DNA from: Nitrospirota bacterium
Lineage (GTDB): Bacteria; Nitrospirota; UBA9217
Reading direction: 5' to 3'
DNA: 64,000 nucleotides
Assembly: GCA_963751455.1 (NCBI GenBank)
Contig: CAVVUN010000009.1
Coordinates: 352,001-416,000 of the forward strand
A program made the translations under genes and the position numbers. The first letter of the stretch is position 1. Every line of letters starts with the position of its first letter. This document shows positions 63,001-64,000 of the stretch, one piece after another. The notes beneath the pieces were generated by a model, which was given only the letters and a program-made list of their open reading frames with translations, made no database searches and had not been told where the DNA came from.

Positions 63001-63226
63001 TCGGGGCGAGCTCTGGGCCATTGCGATGGTTACGGACCGGTTCAAACCTTTCAAAATCGGCGGATCGACGGTGCACCAGGTCGGGCTCCCCTGGCACTTC
63101 GGCTGGCAGTTCCCCGAGGACGGCAGCGGCGGAGACAGCGCGAATCTGCTTACGCCGAACGTGGGCGACGCCAATACCATGATACCCGAATCCAAGGCCT
63201 TTATGGTCAACGTCGTGAAGGCATAG
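60080..63226 (+). CDS. fdnG: Formate dehydrogenase alpha subunit (Tat-exported, selenocysteine at TGA 60683-60685)
   Basis: SRRDFMK Tat motif; CPYCSVGCG..LCSKG; HQARI-TGA-HSATV in frame with the downstream ORF (MTNHWID..). Confidence 0.95.
60686..60720 (+). promoter_or_regulatory. Probable bacterial SECIS hairpin
   Basis: Stem-forming CCGCTAC/GTAGCGG and ACTC..GAGT sequence directly 3' of the in-frame UGA; exact fold not computed. Confidence 0.55.
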
Positions 63227-63236
63227 GGGGGAAATT

Positions 63237-64000
63237 ATGACAACGACAACAACGGAAAATAAAAAAGCATTGCTCATTTCACCGGAGTTGTGCATCGGAT
63301 GCAGGGGGTGTCAGACCGCCTGCAAGAATTGGAACCAGCTCTCCTCAGAGAAAACCAGGAACTCGGGGACGTATCAGAACCCCCCGGACCTCGCGCCTAC
63401 TGCGTTTAATATTATTCGCTACAGCGAGGTGCCGTCCGAGTCCAACCCGGTACGGTGGCTTTTTGTCAGCCGCCGCTGCATGCATTGCGGCGATGCGGGC
63501 TGCATGAAGATCTGTCCCGCTCCCGGCGCGCTTTACCGGACAAGGGAAGGCGCAGTCGCATACGACAGAGAAAAATGCATCGGATGCAAGTTGTGTGTGG
63601 CGGGCTGCCCGTTTGATGTGCCGCGCTATGACAGCAGCTCCAAAGTTGCCAAATGCGACCTGTGCGCGAACCGGATTTCCGAGGGCCTTTCCCCTGCCTG
63701 CGCAAAGACCTGCCCGACCGGCGCCATTCAGTACGGTGACCGGAACGCCCTGCTCTCTTCGGCGAAAAAGGCCGGCTACGCCAAGGTCTACGGAGAAGCG
63801 GACCTTACCGGGCTCGGCACTTTGTACGCTTTTAAGGATGCGCCGAAACTCTACGGCATGAACGAGAACCCTGCAATTCCGGAAAGCGTCATCTTCTGGA
63901 ACAATGTGCTCAAACCGCTGACCGTAATCGGCCTTGGAGGAGCGCTGGCCGGTGCGCTCATCCATTACGCCGCCATCGGGCCGCACAAGGATGATGAGGA
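63237..64000 (+). CDS. fdnH: Formate dehydrogenase iron-sulfur beta subunit (runs off the window; absent from the ORF track)
   Basis: ATG at 63237; CIGCRGCQTACK, CMHCGDAGC, CIGCKLCVAGCPFDVP and KCDLC..PACAKTCPTGAI motifs; C-terminal TM helix. Confidence 0.92.
   Translation, partial: MTTTTTENKKALLISPELCIGCRGCQTACKNWNQLSSEKTRNSGTYQNPPDLAPTAFNIIRYSEVPSESNPVRWLFVSRRCMHCGDAGCMKICPAPGALYRTREGAVAYDREKCIGCKLCVAGCPFDVPRYDSSSKVAKCDLCANRISEGLSPACAKTCPTGAIQYGDRNALLSSAKKAGYAKVYGEADLTGLGTLYAFKDAPKLYGMNENPAIPESVIFWNNVLKPLTVIGLGGALAGALIHYAAIGPHKDDE

Overview
Bacterial chromosomal window, probably from an anaerobic Nitrospirota or deltaproteobacterium-like organism (inferred from gene content and style). It is dominated by cell-envelope biosynthesis: tRNA-Leu, a heptosyltransferase, hldA, rmlACDB, ugd, uxs, kdsB-pyrG-kdsA-kdsD-kdsC-lpxL-pgsA-plsY, wzi, an AT-rich O-antigen/capsule cluster (wecB, wzx, wzy, glycosyltransferases, methyltransferases, DegT, split transketolase), PglF-like, SLBB export and wzz genes. 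These are followed by vapBC, lipA, lon, hsp20 and a selenocysteine formate dehydrogenase operon. Mobile DNA includes an IS4 and an IS3 element (both with IRs and TSDs), a REP-flanked RAYT-like pseudogene and a cluster of MITE/REP elements. The most unusual signal is a set of short-period repeat families (9-nt, a ~100-bp unit with 6-nt rhythm, and 7-nt) at many gene junctions. Two of these families each bracket, and are translated into the C-terminus of, a four-helix-bundle (IVP/Avd-like) gene. The two genes enclose an ~8-kb island of toxin-antitoxin and ATPase cargo. All family assignments are from motif recognition only; no searches were run.
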